From Takakia lepidozioides (taxonomy: Eukaryota; Plantae; Bryophyta), in NCBI GenBank assembly GCA_030704615.1, contig CM060732.1, forward strand, positions 34,906,001 through 34,970,000: DNA of 64,000 nucleotides. Reading direction: 5' to 3'. Positions 1-12,910 of the stretch are shown one piece after another; the stretch's first letter is position 1, and the number at the start of each line of letters is the position of its first letter. The position numbers and the translations under genes were made by a program. Under the pieces are notes generated by a model that was given only the letters and a program-made list of their open reading frames with translations, did no database searches and had not been told where the DNA came from.

Positions 1-100
1 GATAACTGAAAGTGCAAAAAGTTGGGCACCATCGTATCATAAATCATTATCATGTAGGATGGACTAACACCTTGGGCATGTGCCAATGCAGCTCACTTAC

Positions 101-3100
101 CACACCTCTGAGATTGACTGCAATAGAGCGGCGTTCCAATGCTTCATGCACATGAGGCATGGCTCTCTGCACACTCAACCCAAATGTGGCAATGCCTTAC
201 GTTTAGACTTGGCACAAAATGTTTTTCTCTATATTCAAGAGCTCTTCCCTCCTTGATGTGTGTCTGATGTGTATACATCTGGTGAGAAAGAAAGGAGAAA
301 AATTTATTAAATCACAGGAGGGACATGGACTTGTTGGGCTTTGTTTGCCATGGCCTTCGGAGGAGAGAAAATGAAATGAAATGGTACTTTATAACGTCGA
401 AAGAAAGGAAGGACAGAGAAAGGCATCTATCATGCCTGCAGGAGAGAATTCTTATGATGAGTTTCTCCACTGGTTGTTATTGTGCTTCAGGCATATTGCA
501 GCTTGATTTCATCGCTACTATAAACTCTGCTGGTTCCTAACCTATGGCTTTGGACTAGCTTCTAGCTAGGTTTGGCTTGGAAATGATATGGACTAGCCTG
601 TGGGCATCTCAGGCTTGTGACTAAATGTTCTGGGGCTTCATCTTTGGAAGTGGTTGGCTTTACCACTTCCATGATTAGACTGCACATTGAGTATTTCTCC
701 AATTGCTAACAACGTCGGGGTTGAATATTCTTGGTTTAGGAAGGTCCTGATCATTTTTTGCTTTATAAGATTGGTCTCGGGTGTTTCTCTTTTTCCTCCG
801 TAAAACCGAACAAAATAAACAACAGTAAAAGGGAGTGCTACAGAAACAAGAAGAAAGAAACTTAACAACTTCAACAGGAAGCGCAAACTGAAGGACCTAT
901 GGCACCAACAGAGAGTTCCACAGGACACTTATATTCACTTTTGAGAAAAAAATTGAGCTTTTTAACACTCATAAATTAACAAGGCGTAAAGCGTGGTTCC
1001 AATCCAGAAGTTAATAGGGAAAGACCAAACCTCTGACAAACTGGTATATTCATAGGTCAAGAGAAAGTGCCTTGTGAAAACAAGCTGCTAAGAGAGACGT
1101 TGTACTCTAAATCGTTTTCTGTAAACATTTGCTACAACAGACTCTCGAGAGCTGCCCTCTAACACAGATGTAACAAATGTGATGTGCGAATTGTTGGATT
1201 ACAGTTACTACAACAATGAAGGGCAGTGAAACTAACAGAAAGAAAGAAAGAAACTTACATGTCCACAGGGGCCCAGGGCCATGGGGCAAAGTAGAAAAGG
1301 AGAAAAAGCAATTAGAAGTACATCAAACGACGTCCAGAGACAAAGTGCCTCATGCAGGTAAGCTCCAAGCTCCCATGTGCCAAAGCTGAAAGGTTTGCCA
1401 AAGACTGGGAGTCTCTAATAATATCTGCCTTGGACCTCGCAGTACGTAGGACAGATTGTACTCATAAGACGTTGTTTGCCGTAGCCTTGTGGCCATTGAC
1501 CCCGCGAGATGGCCTATGGTTCCGCCTCTGGTCTTGTGGGATCAAGGGAAAGATGTGGAGAGTTGTCCACAACTTGTATGCTCACACCAAAAGCTGTGTC
1601 ACTGTTAACGGACAGAAGTCCAACTTCTTTGACATAGACCAAGGTGTAGCTCAAGGATGTACTCTCTCCCCTCTGCTCTTCAATGTTTTCATCAATCAAC
1701 TCCTCGAGGATGTGGAAAGTGAGGGATTTGGGTTAAGGGTGGGTGATACCACCATACCAGCCCTTATGATGACTTCGCAGGCATAGGGGAGACTCCAACC
1801 AATCTCCAGGAGTTGATTGATTGCGCGAAGAGATACTTTGATCTTTGGGGGCTAGAGGCTAATGTCAGCAAATGTGCAGTGGTAGCATTCAACGACAGAG
1901 GAGAGGGAGGAAGTGATCTTAAGTGGCAGTGGGGTAGCCAAGAGATCCCGGTCCTCCCTTCCTACACTTACCTGGGCGTTGAGTTCTCCTCCAATTGTAA
2001 TTGGGATGCACATATCCGGAAAGTTGTTCAAACTGGCAAGGGCAAAGCTCTGGGGCTCACTAAATTTTTCCACTGCAGAGGGGTCAACTCTGAGGTTAAG
2101 AAAACCATGCTTTGTAGACCTGCCTTGGAGTACAGATCTGCTATATGGGTTGATAACTCCAACCAGGCTAAGTCTCTAGAATCCATTTAAGTGGGGGTGC
2201 TTAAGGAGTGTATGTCAGCATGCTCCAAAACAGCCAATGTGGCTGTTCGGGGTGAGTTTGGCATTCCGTCCTTAAGCTCCCGACGAGATGAATTCAAGGT
2301 CAGATGGTGGGGTCAGCTGCAACACATGCCCAACACCAGATATCCTAAATTAATCGACTCTATATCTTGGAAACAGGACCGCCCTGTCAAACAGGCTAAG
2401 TCCTGGCAGAAGAGAGTAGAAGAGATCCTCAAGGACCTGGATCCGCAAGTCTTGACCCTGCTGGATAAATCTGACTTAGAGGCTGTAGTGTCCTCAGCCA
2501 TGTCTGTTGCCATCAGATTGTCTGATGAAAATGAAGTTAGGCAGAAAACTTCCCTGAACTTGTTTCCAGTCTGTGACATGGGGGAGGACATCTTGGATGA
2601 CCTCAAGGGTCTACCCACTCTTGGCACTAGACTGAAATTTAAACTCAGGGCAGGAAGCCTACCTTTGAACAGCAAACAGAAGCAGAGAGGAAAGGGAAGT
2701 GCAATTGCCCGTTGTGTGGGCAATCTGAAGACAGTATTCATTTTCTGATACACTGTCCGGGGTTCTCTCACCAAAGAGACGCTCTTCTCAAATCTATTAA
2801 GGGAATTGTGCCTGTACCCCTGTTTACCAACTTTGAAAGTCTCGAGGCTGAGCCAAAAGCCCAGGCCCTCCTGAGGCCTAGTTTTTGGGCAAATCACACA
2901 CAGCAGATTGATGCTTGTGTGAAGGGATTTCTAGAGGATATCTGGAAAACCCGGATTAATTCTTTATATGGAGGTAAGTCTTACTACCAACGTCAGCCCC
3001 TGACAGAGGTAGGTTCTGTCCCTTTTTGTTCCCGCTCAAACTGGGCTCCACACTGTGTCATAAGCCTTTTTGACATCCAGGAAAAAGACATAAGTGGGAC

Positions 3101-6100
3101 AGATTGTACTCATAAGACGTTGTTTGCCGTAGCCTTGTGGCCATTGACCCCGCGCCCAGTTTGAGCGGGAACAAAAGGGACAGAACCTACCTCTGTCAGG
3201 GGCTGACGTTGGTAGTAAGACTTACCTCCATATAAAGAATTAATCCGGGTTTTCCAGATATCCTCTAGAAATCCCTTCACACAAGCATCAATCTGCTGTG
3301 TGTGATTTGCCCAAAAACTAGGCCTCAGGAGGGCCTGGGCTTTTGGCTCAGCCTCGAGACTTTCAAAGTTGGTAAACAGGGGTACAGGCACAATTCCCTT
3401 AATAGATTTGAAGAGAGCGTCTCTTTGGTGAGAGAACCCCGGACAGTGTATCAGAAAATGAATACTGTCTTCAGATTGCCCACACAACGGGCAATTGCAC
3501 TCTCCCTTTCCTCTCTGCTTCTGTTTGCTGTTCAAAGGTAGGCTTCCTGCCCTGAGTTTAAGTGGGACAGAGACAGAATAAGAAAGAAAATTTAACCTCC
3601 AGAGGGGGCCATGAGGGCCCATGGAAGAGGTAGAATAAACCAAGAAAGAAGGAAATTTGTTACATCAACAGGAGAGAGACTGCATAAAGCAATGGAAGAA
3701 TTCACTGTGCTTATGAGTAGAGGACAGGAAACATCATACTTGTAAGCAATCAATGGCAGCACGAACGCGGTCCTCATTCCAAAGCTTCAGCATGAGCACA
3801 GTTAGATGAAATGTAGCAGGCTTCACAAATATAGACTTATCAATACCCCTGTCTGGACACCCACACCACCCAGTTCAGCACTCTAACTGACTCATCAAAC
3901 CTGTGAGCCATTCCTACGTATCTTCTACCTTAAGTGTAAACCTACCATGAAAACAATCATATATTCAGCTAGTGCAACATACAAATCAGTTTGTTTGGGC
4001 TTTGCAAATCCATACCTCCAGATGATGCTTCCTTCCTTCCTTGCTTTATGTTAGTTTCCGATCTTGTTTCCACAGATGATGAAAGCCCTTTCTCCTCACC
4101 CTCGTCATCAGATGGAACTAATTCAACCAAAGCACTGTCCTCTTCATTGCACAATGGACGGACTGATGCCAAAACAGACTCCTGAAAACTTGTGACAGAC
4201 TCCACAAGCTTTGTGTGCAAAGCCAATGGTAACGAGATGAAGTGGGAGTATTGCAAACTGGGGCTTTTCACTGCCTGCATGTTATTTCCATGTGACAAAC
4301 AAGTCTGGTCTTAGTATCCACTAAATGGTAAGTTGAAAAGAACTGAGAACCCATATTGAAGTGATTATGGCCAGACCTCTATGTGGTTGACTATGCAACT
4401 GGTGGTAGCTAACTACTGACTCGGATTGAGTTTACCAAACATAGTAGCAAACCTCCCCAGGTACATAGTTGCCACCAGGAATTCATGTTACACACATTGT
4501 CTATCTTTTCCCGACTAGTAAAAACCACGGTTGGTATAGAGTAGCCTGCAAACCTTCTTCAACTGGAGATTTTTGAGGTGTCATATATGGGTGGTAATTT
4601 ACCTCATCCAAAATTTGGCGGATTTGTTGAATGGCTGCTTCTGCAGCCTCCTCTGAAGTTCCTTCCACAACTGTATCATGCACATTCTATTAGATAACCT
4701 GATCTGATCATGAGACAGTTGCCCATAAAAAGTCTTTTCTCACCTCACCCTTTTCCTCTGTACTCTATGCTGGTTCTGTCAGTTGTGATCAATTTACCCC
4801 TCCTTTTGCTCTCATCTGTCCTGTACCTTGCCTACTACCTCCATTTTCATTTCGTATTAAAAATGGGTAATTAGGCAAAAAACATTACCAACTGGAGTGC
4901 TGGACTTTGCATCACGAGCGGATGGTATGCGCAGTGATACACCCGTATCTGTCTCTATCTTCTGCTTCACACATCCTCTGCAAAGGCAGATATATCCAAT
5001 CGAGTTTGTGGATGCAAGTCTGCATACAGTGCCAAATAGAAGGCCAACCTCCACATTTCGGAGGATGAGAAGATTTTGTTCACTTCCCTCCCTCTCTTTC
5101 TCTTCCACTATGAGGATCAGAAATGCTTGGCAGCTTACCTGCACGAGGCCTTGACCCTTAGACAATCCCTCGAGCAGTAGTTGTTTTTTTTCGGCTCTGG
5201 TTTTGTTTCCTCTCTCATGTTTTTTTCCCATTTTGTCCCATAAGCTCTTGAGCTTTCTGCGACGTTATAAAGTACCATTTCATTTCATTTCACTTCTCTG
5301 TCTTCAAACTGTCCCACTCTTCAGTCCCGGCTTAGTTTGGGACATGGCACCCAACCGCAATAAACTTGTGACTGCATTTGTAAATAAGGTTTTGAAGAGA
5401 TGAAAGACAAGGGAGACAAGATCAGCTGCAAACCATACCCCTTCCCTACCAGAAATCGCAGAAGCAAAGGATCCACCTGTTCCACAATGCCCACCCTTCC
5501 AGTTACTCGACATTGAGAATGTCTGCAATTTTCCATTTACATGGGGAGCTGACCATGGCGCGACTGTGAACGTGATTCAAAGTTTTCTCAAGGGTTCCTT
5601 GAGCTTGCTGCTACTATGCCCCAGGGTATCCCTTTATGAAACTAACAGCCTCCAAACTTGACCACATGATACATAACTGCACTACCCAACTCTCCCTTGA
5701 GTGCAAAGAGAACCCACCTTAATTGACGTTGAATGTGTTCTAGAGCCGTCACAAGCTCCATTATTACTTTCACCCTCCAACCCTGTGGTAATTCCCTCCA
5801 GAGCCTCGACATCTGCCAGGACTCACTCGTTGGGTCTTAGCGCCGACTATGCCAAAACTACCAGGCGCTCAAAAGCTATCGATAGGGGATAGGCAGAGGA
5901 TGGAATAGAAGAGAAGATTAGAAGATTGGAATCTTAAGTGCACCTGGAGGTGAATGATCTTCTGGAATCTGATTAGGTGAGACATTCAATTGGTCAACTG
6001 CGTCAGCCATGTGAACTCCACTCATACCACGCCTTTGCCTCTTTCGCTTAGTCTCTCGCAGGACTGCCAAAGATGTCTTTAGATCCAGGCCGTCTCTCAT

Positions 6101-6178
6101 ATTTCTGTTTGTCACTGGGGCCACTGCCCATGAGGAGGAGGATGGTGGGTCGGGCCTCAGCCACTTGGTAAAATGCTC
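101..6178 (-). CDS. ASCC1-like / eukaryotic LigT-like protein (KH domain + 2H-phosphoesterase/AKAP7-type domain); multi-exon, continues beyond the left edge; 5' end uncertain
   Basis: GT-AG exons in consistent phase: 6178-5944, 5812-5718, 5476-5439, 4977-4889, 4670-4603, 4274-4016, 3852-3740, 166-101. They give KH-like HSTSIK|VDPLLLRFLVGKG|GCVKQKIETDTGVSLRIPS, then YSHFISLPL, the 2H motif FHLTVLMLKLWN, and RAMPHVHEALERRSIAVNLRGV. Confidence 0.85.
368..410 (-). repeat. 3' end of a non-LTR retroelement/SINE with (CATTT)n tail
   Basis: Reverse complement of 'cgacgttataaagtaccatttcatttcattt', also seen at ~5260-5291 and ~45725-45780. Confidence 0.55.
1452..3046. mobile_element. 5'-truncated LINE (RTE/RTEX-like RT + C-terminal CX2CX7HX4C finger); body on + strand (1508-3046), terminal ~56 bp inverted (1452-1507)
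   Basis: RT motifs QGCTLSPLLFNVF, (YA)DD region, YTYLG; zinc finger CPLCGQSEDSIHFLIHC; frameshifts and stops. The 3' terminus lies reverse-complemented at 1452-1507. Confidence 0.85.
3102..3560 (-). mobile_element. 5'-truncated LINE copy (same family) with TSD
   Basis: Near-identical reverse complement of 2637-3046 plus the 3' end; flanking duplication taagtgggacaga at ~3091 and ~3559. Confidence 0.9.
5040..5291 (+). repeat. non-LTR retroelement/SINE 3' end with (CATTT)n tail in an ASCC1-like intron
   Basis: Homologous to 45575-45780 (atgaggatcaga...gcacgaggccttgaccctta...ataaagtaccattt) and ends in cattt repeats. Confidence 0.6.
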
Positions 6179-8351
6179 CTGAAATGATCTGAACAATGTG
6201 AGCTCCCAATGGTTTGATTTATGCCAGTGCTTAAGCAACTGGGTGAATGAGTGTAATTCGAACAGTCGCCACTGTGACGAATTGTGCCTGCTCACGAGTA
6301 GGCTTAATACTGCACCCACACAGCAGAGGTTTCTTAGTGCTCACACCCAAACAAGATCGACACCAAAAACTTTAGGTTCCTGACAGAGCCACCTACCTCC
6401 TTTCGTGTCTCTATGGATTTCCTTAATGTGTATGAGGGCGAGTTACAGATTTTCCAATGAAGGGATGGTACGCAACTATTACCTGCATAGATTTGAAGGG
6501 TAGGATCAAACTCCGGTTTGTAGTTCGCCAGATCATCGAATGAACGAACAAGACCACCCAACAGATCCCACCAGATTGCGTGCAAATTTCGAGATTTTAT
6601 TCAAACCAAGATAAGAGTTAGGGAAGAGGGAAGGGGAAAAAAGACAGAAATGAAGTCTAGAGAGGGCCACAAGGAGAGTAGATTCTAGTTTAGTCCTGGA
6701 CGCGAGAGAAGAATCACAAAACGTTCAGTGAAAGATGGCTTTGGGATAATCAGTTGTCACGAATCGGACCGGCTCTGGGCCTGCGGTGATGTATTCCAGT
6801 CCAATTGCTTCTAACAGCAGCTTCAAGACATGAGCCAACTGACACGCTGCCTGCTCCAGCTCCGCGAGCAAACTACCGTTTGGTAAGGGCCCCGCTTCCA
6901 GCCTTCTGCATTTTCGGATTCTTGTTTTTGGATTGTTGTGTGTCCTGACAGAACGAATTCCAATTTGATGTCCGAGTGCTTGCACATCTGAGTAGTGGTT
7001 GTTGGTCTAATGGCGGTATGCAGTATGCACTTGAGAAGTTGGAACTCACAAATATGCTATAGCAATCTCTCAATGCCCCCGCAGGAATGAGCATGGAAGT
7101 CAAGGACAAAATTTCGGAGAGAGCTGGTCACGTAGCTTCGGAGGTCTCCGTTACTCCAGTGGGGCAAGGCCTTGCAAGTATGAACACCGCCTGGCCACTG
7201 TTTTGGAAAGAGTTTTGAGCACTTCCATCAGATGAAAGTGAAGATATCTAGCCTTTGCCTCCGACAGGTTAACCGTCTATGGGTTCTAGCCTTTCAGAAA
7301 CTTTGAGCAGGTTATACGAATCCCATACACATTGAGCCTTGTTCTGAATGTTTCTTCACAAATAACTGGATTCATGAGCAGTGGCATTAGAAGCATTCAA
7401 CATGGACTCCCAACAATTTCACATTCAGCACCCTTCCTGTGCGATTGCTAGAAGCTCAGTGGCTGGCTCTATGGACGGTTAGAAACACAGGCAGGAATCA
7501 TTAGGGGATTACATGATGGATATAGAGACCAGAAGGTCAGATCTAAGTGAAGTTAAAAGAATCACGTTTGTTTATGGGGTTCAACCCAACATGTGCGCAG
7601 GCAAACATTTTAAGGGCAGCAGGGCTGTCTGTGCATGTGTATTGGGAGAGAGGGATCCCCCTTTCTTCTGTGAAGAGATAACAAAAATTAATGGGTCTGC
7701 ACAGATTACAAAAAGTTTTGGGCTGACTGTCTACTCTACTACACCCATGAAACCTTTGAGTACATCCCACACCATCCAAAGATTGATGGGAGCTCATGCC
7801 ATCTCAATCAATCTTCATTCACTTTGCCTCATGCAGATCAACCTGCAGTCGTATGCTACTGGGCACAAATTATTTTCAACATGCAATCAGTCAGAATTCC
7901 TTGTGTACAAGATTGTGCATATCCTGATGTATCTGGCCTGGTTTTGAAATGCTCAGGAGGACTTAGGCATCAAATCTGGTTACAGGGAGTTGAGTGTTGG
8001 GGCACTCACATGATACTAGAAAGCCACTGCTCGTCCAGCCCCTACACATGTAACTGTTACATCTAGTCTCCAAAAGTTTACGTTGAGGCAAGGAGGCATG
8101 CAGAGATTAGTCTTTGAATAACTGAAAATAGCTTGTGTCACCCTGCATGACTCATGTGGGAACTGTCTCTTTCTGTTTCCCTACATCTCATCCTCTCCAT
8201 CTGTCGACTTCCGTCCATCTCTCTACCATTCCACGAACAGCTGTTCTGAGCGAAGAACTGCAATCGCACGTTTCTGCTGCAGCTGCACAGAGTTAAACCT
8301 TCTCTCTCTGGTAGGCCAGGCCACGCTAGCCACATATTGGAGCCATCAAGA

Positions 8352-8929
8352 TCATGATTTGGCAGGGGCACTCTTGTCGTTGGTGACCTCCACCGCAGTC
8401 GTATTTTGTGCTACATAGGGCTTGAACTGGATTCACAAAACCCAATATTCAGGAATGTCGATCAAAGGATGAACCCTAAACCTCCAGTCGTTCAAAGGAC
8501 ACTGAATACTTGGGAGAAAGAAACATGGATCAACCCTGAACCTTATGTGACAGAGAAATCAGGAGAAACCCAAGTTCCAACGCCTGCATACCTTGCAGTT
8601 GGTCAAATCTGGAACAATGTACTTGGGCAGCTTCTCCTCCATCAACACGTAGCCTGTATCCATACCCAACCAGTCGACCCAACATACAAATATGAGTCCG
8701 AGGTTCAAAATACACAATCTCTCCACAGAGATCCAGATGAAAACTCCAAGGCTGAAATCAAAGACAGACGCAGACAGAAGATACCTTTGCTAGTATGGCG
8801 ACCAGTAGACTTGCAACCCTTTCCCTTGTAAAAATTTCGAGGACCTCTTTTCGATGTGAGAGCGCTGATCCCAGTCTTGGGGACTGATCGGCCACCTCGC
8901 AGAAAGCCCATCAGCACCCCGAGGGCCAT
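8352..8929 (-). CDS. MRPL41: mitochondrial ribosomal protein mL41 (MRP-L27 family), 3 exons, 93 aa
   Basis: Exons 8929-8785, 8653-8592, 8426-8352 with GT-AG borders: MALG...LTSKRGPRNFYKGKGCKSTGRHTSKG|YVLMEEKLPKYIVPDLTNCK|FKPYVAQ...*. Confidence 0.92.
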
Positions 8930-9287
8930 CGTTCCTGCAATGGAGCTTTGGAGACCAAGACTAGAGCTTGAGCCTTGCAGTTACCGGGGATGGCCGGTTT
9001 ACGCATCATCAGGTTCGCTAGGGTGACCCCTGATATCCGGTCCATAACAGTGGATACCACAGTGGATACCGGCCATTTCCGGTACTTGTGGACTGGGTTT
9101 TGGCAGAGCTGCAGTCTGGTTGTGGGCCTCCTCGCTCTGAGGGCAAATGCGAATGATGCGAATGGCGGGCGGTTTCCAGAGTTGAAGAATCACAAGCATG
9201 ACTGGCACAATCCGACTTGCTTTCCTAGATTTCCTGTGATCGCGAAAGCATGAAGGGTTTTGTGTAAGTTGTTAAGCAGAGGTGGCT
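8930..9287. promoter_or_regulatory. probable bidirectional promoter/5'UTR region of mL41 and bL21m
   Basis: Only 358 bp separate the two divergent start codons. Confidence 0.6.
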
Positions 9288-11672
9288 ATGGCGGTACGCT
9301 TGCTCATCTCGAGCGCCCTAAGGAAAGTCCGCCACACTCATTCACCCTTCACAGGGCTCGGTCCTCCCAATGAGTGGTCGCAATCATTCTCTATCTCTTC
9401 CCTCTCATCCTGCTATCTCTCCGAGTTACCATGGATCGCATTGGAAGGCATGCTGGGAGGTGCGGAGAGAATGCGGGGCTTTGGCAGTCCTCGTACCTGT
9501 TCAAATTTGATGCAATCTACACAGGCAGCGCGGCTCTATAGCACGGGGCTGGCAGCTGGAGAATCTTTAGATGGGGAAACTGTCTCGGAACCTAATAAAG
9601 GCAAGGAGGCCTCCGAGGAGAAAGGTAGGATTACAACACCCAGGGGATTTGAGCTGACTCCAGTGGAACGCGATCTGGCAGATAAAGTTGGCTACCGGGT
9701 GATTGCCCGATACACTTCAGACGACTTTGGACGGAAAAAGCCTCCGAAGGCTTTCGCCGTTGTTCAGGTTCTCCTCTCGCTCACGACATTTCTGCCCATT
9801 CTATGTGACCTTGGGAGTTCTCTTTGTCTGCGTGTGTTCGACTTGTCAGGAGGTTGAAGGATTAAGAGAGAAGGATTAAGAAAGGAACTTGACATCGGTG
9901 GACTTATGCCAGGCAATTTCTGCATTACTATGCTTCTGATGGCAAATCAGGCCCAACGATCTGCTGTAAGGGTATTTGTCCCCTACATGTTGAAAACAGT
10001 TGGACTCACCTGAAAACTAGAATTGCCGGCCTGCCCTCCACTAGATATTTGTGGTCGGGTTGGCGTCCTGGAAGTGTTGAAACCTCAGACTCAACCTAGT
10101 GACTGACTGTTGAAGAAACACCCACCACCACCAGAAAACCCCCCAAGAAAACCCACAATACGCATTTTTTGTCACTTGTAGACTTCATAAAAAAAAATCA
10201 TCTTCTTTTGTCTTCTTTTTCCTCTCCCTTCCCTGCTCTTTTACGGCTCCGTCCAAAGAGATTCTATCTTTGGTTATAGGTTACAGGATGAGTACACACA
10301 GCTTTCTCTCACACACTTGCACACTCACTCAAGTAGAGGATCCGAAAGTGTGTACCAGCTCTTTCTCATAAGGATGTGGGGTCTGTCATATGGTGCCTGA
10401 ACAGATTGGCTCTCATCAGTTCAAGGTGTCACCTGGTGACCTTATATACACAGAAAAGCTCAAGTTTGCTGACATCAATGATAAGGTACTTTTGCTAGGT
10501 CGTTGCGTCTGGTGAATTTTGTTCGGGTTTTGTTTTGAAGGGGCCAGCTCTCTGCCATACCTTGCTACTACAATGTGTTGGTTCCCTTATCGCAGGTGCA
10601 CATGTATGAGCAATCAACCCTGATATGTGCTTGGAGTGTCACCAGTGACAGGCTTTTGTTTGGTTTTTTTGTTGCAGCTGATGCTCAGCAAGGTGCTTTT
10701 GCTTGGGTCAAAGACACAGACAGTGGTGGGTCGGCCAGTTGTGCCCAAAGCTGCGGTTTTTGCAGTTGTTGAAGAACATGTAAGTCCATGTCGAAACTAT
10801 GTAGAGGAGGAGTGATTGTACAATTTTTTCAATAATCCACCTTTCCAATATGCAGAGGAATGAGTGGTTCTGCTGTGACCAAGTGCTTCTGTTCTCCCTC
10901 TTATGAACATTCTGTAATGATGAGGGGGAAACGTTTAGTGTCTGCTGACTCAATCTTAGCTCTAACTCCTCTTCTTGGAGTCGTCAGTTTTTGAAGGGCA
11001 GGGGAAAGTTGGAAGAATGTCTGCTGTGTAGAGACAAGCCCATGTTAGGAATTGTTGGAGTTAGACGAGGTGGCCCAGGGGGTGTGGCTAAAATAGATGA
11101 TGTCATACTTAGTCTTGTCTGCGGATTGTCTTACTCATGAAGTATCACTGTGCTCTTGGTTGCAGGCATTAGATGAGAAAGTCATAATTTTCAAGAAGAA
11201 GCGGCGAAAAAACTATCGGCGTACAACTGGTCACCGCCAAGTAAGGCTTCTACTAGTCTGGGCTTTCTGTGGATGTTATAAAATTCCTTTCTAATGTGAT
11301 GTTTAATTTTCTTTTGTGGTTGTATTTTGTCACTTATGAGCCTGCCGTCAATGTGAGATACTTATGCCTCTCTTTCTGTCAGTGCTGAAGCCCCATGTCA
11401 TGCTTTTTATCATGATGTGCCAGTCAGAGTGGATGCTAACTAATCAACAATTATCAACACAGTCAACAATGTAACTGGATTTCCTGTCTTCTTGGTTGTA
11501 TTTGAAAGTTCTATGGGTGCTTGTGCAGGAGCTGACAAGGCTTAGAATATTGGACATCAAAGGCATTGAAGAGCCTGTGAGGATGGAGGTCGTGGCCAAG
11601 CTTTCTAAGCCAAGAAAGGTAATGGCACCTTCAGTTGTTGAAAAGGAGCAAGGTACCCCAATGGTTACCTAA
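9288..11672 (+). CDS. RPL21M: mitochondrial ribosomal protein bL21m, 5 exons, with N-terminal targeting extension
   Basis: Exons 9288-9767, 10405-10485, 10678-10779, 11166-11240, 11529-11672: FAVVQ|IGSHQFKVSPGDLIYTEKL...|LMLSKVLLLGS..VGRP...|ALDEKVIIFKKKRRKNYRRTTGHRQ|ELTRLRI; all phase 0, GT-AG. Confidence 0.93.
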
Positions 11673-12109
11673 GGATGGCAACATCTTCGTAGTTTTACGA
11701 TATTCTTGGTTAACCTCTCCACTTCCACAAGGAGGTGGAGTTGGTGAGGTGAGGGCATTTGGGAAACGAGGCAGGGGGGTGGGGGGTGTGCACTGGAAAA
11801 GGAAGAAAATCAAAACTCTTCTACATTTGTACATTTGAATCAATTTTGCCAGGTACGCAGCAGGCATTTGTTTTCTTGGGCTCCATCCTTATATTACAAG
11901 CACACAGGACTAAAAAACAAAAGAGTAACTGGCTGCAACAAATTTGCTCACGGAGACACTTGAAAGGCCTGGAGGACCTGAACCCCATTACAATTACTAC
12001 AAGGCCAAGAGGTGGGTTGAATCTTAGAGATTGATGGCCGCTTTACACTAGGGTCTAAGCAGTGTAGGGACCAACATCCAAGTGTTTGTATTGGTTTGGC
12101 GTTGCATTT

Positions 12110-12910
12110 TGGCTCAACTTGGCTTCACACTTGGTCCAACAATAAATAGATGCAGAAAGGTAAAGGAGATTGTAATTGCCCAATGTATGGGCAACATGAA
12201 AACAATATCCGTTTTCTGATACACTGTCAGGGCTATTCTTACCATTGAGTGACCCTCTTCAGGAACATGAAGAACATGGTTCCTTGACCTCTGTTCATCA
12301 ACTTCCAAAAGCTCGAGGCAGAGCCTGAAGCAATGGCCCTGTTGAGTTCTAACTTTTGGGCTGCTCACACAGAACAGATTTGATGCTTGTGTGAAGGGCT
12401 TTCTAGAGGATATGTGGAAAGCCCAGACTAATATAACTGTTTATATCAAGGTGATTCTGACTTCTGGAGTGAGCCCTTCAAAGGTAGTGTCTATTCCCTC
12501 TCATACGGTCCAAACTGGGGTGGGGTCTATAGCCACAAGACTATACTGCAAACAAAGTCTTACGAGTGCATTCGACATGTATACATCTCTTCTCTCTAGG
12601 TCAGATGGTGGGTTCGACTGAATTGCATGTCTACTACCAGATATAGGGCGGTGGTGAACAATAAATACATGTTGAGAGGAAGAATTGCCCGATTTACTGC
12701 CAGCCTGCAGACTATCTCCATTTTCTGATAGGTTGTCCGAGATTAGGTTGTCCAGGGTAATCTCACCTGGAGAGTGATCCTTTTCAGGAATATCAAGAAC
12801 ATAGTTCCTGCCTCTCTGTTCACCAACTTCGAAAATCTTGAGGCTGAGCCTAAAGCCCTGGACCTGTTGGGGTCTAATTGCTGGGCAACTCACAAACAGC
12901 AGATTGGGAA
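12110..12910 (+). mobile_element. degenerate 3' fragments of the same RTE/RTEX-like LINE family
   Basis: Diverged matches to 2690-3046 and the tail (ttttctgatacactgtc, gatgcttgtgtgaaggg, caaactgggg...tacgagtgca); second fragment 12760-12910 (FTNFENLEAEPKAL). Confidence 0.7.

Noticed and set aside
6334-7130. Short minus-strand ORFs upstream of the ASCC1-like gene
   Set aside because: No recognisable family; may be 5' exons or UTRs but cannot be supported.
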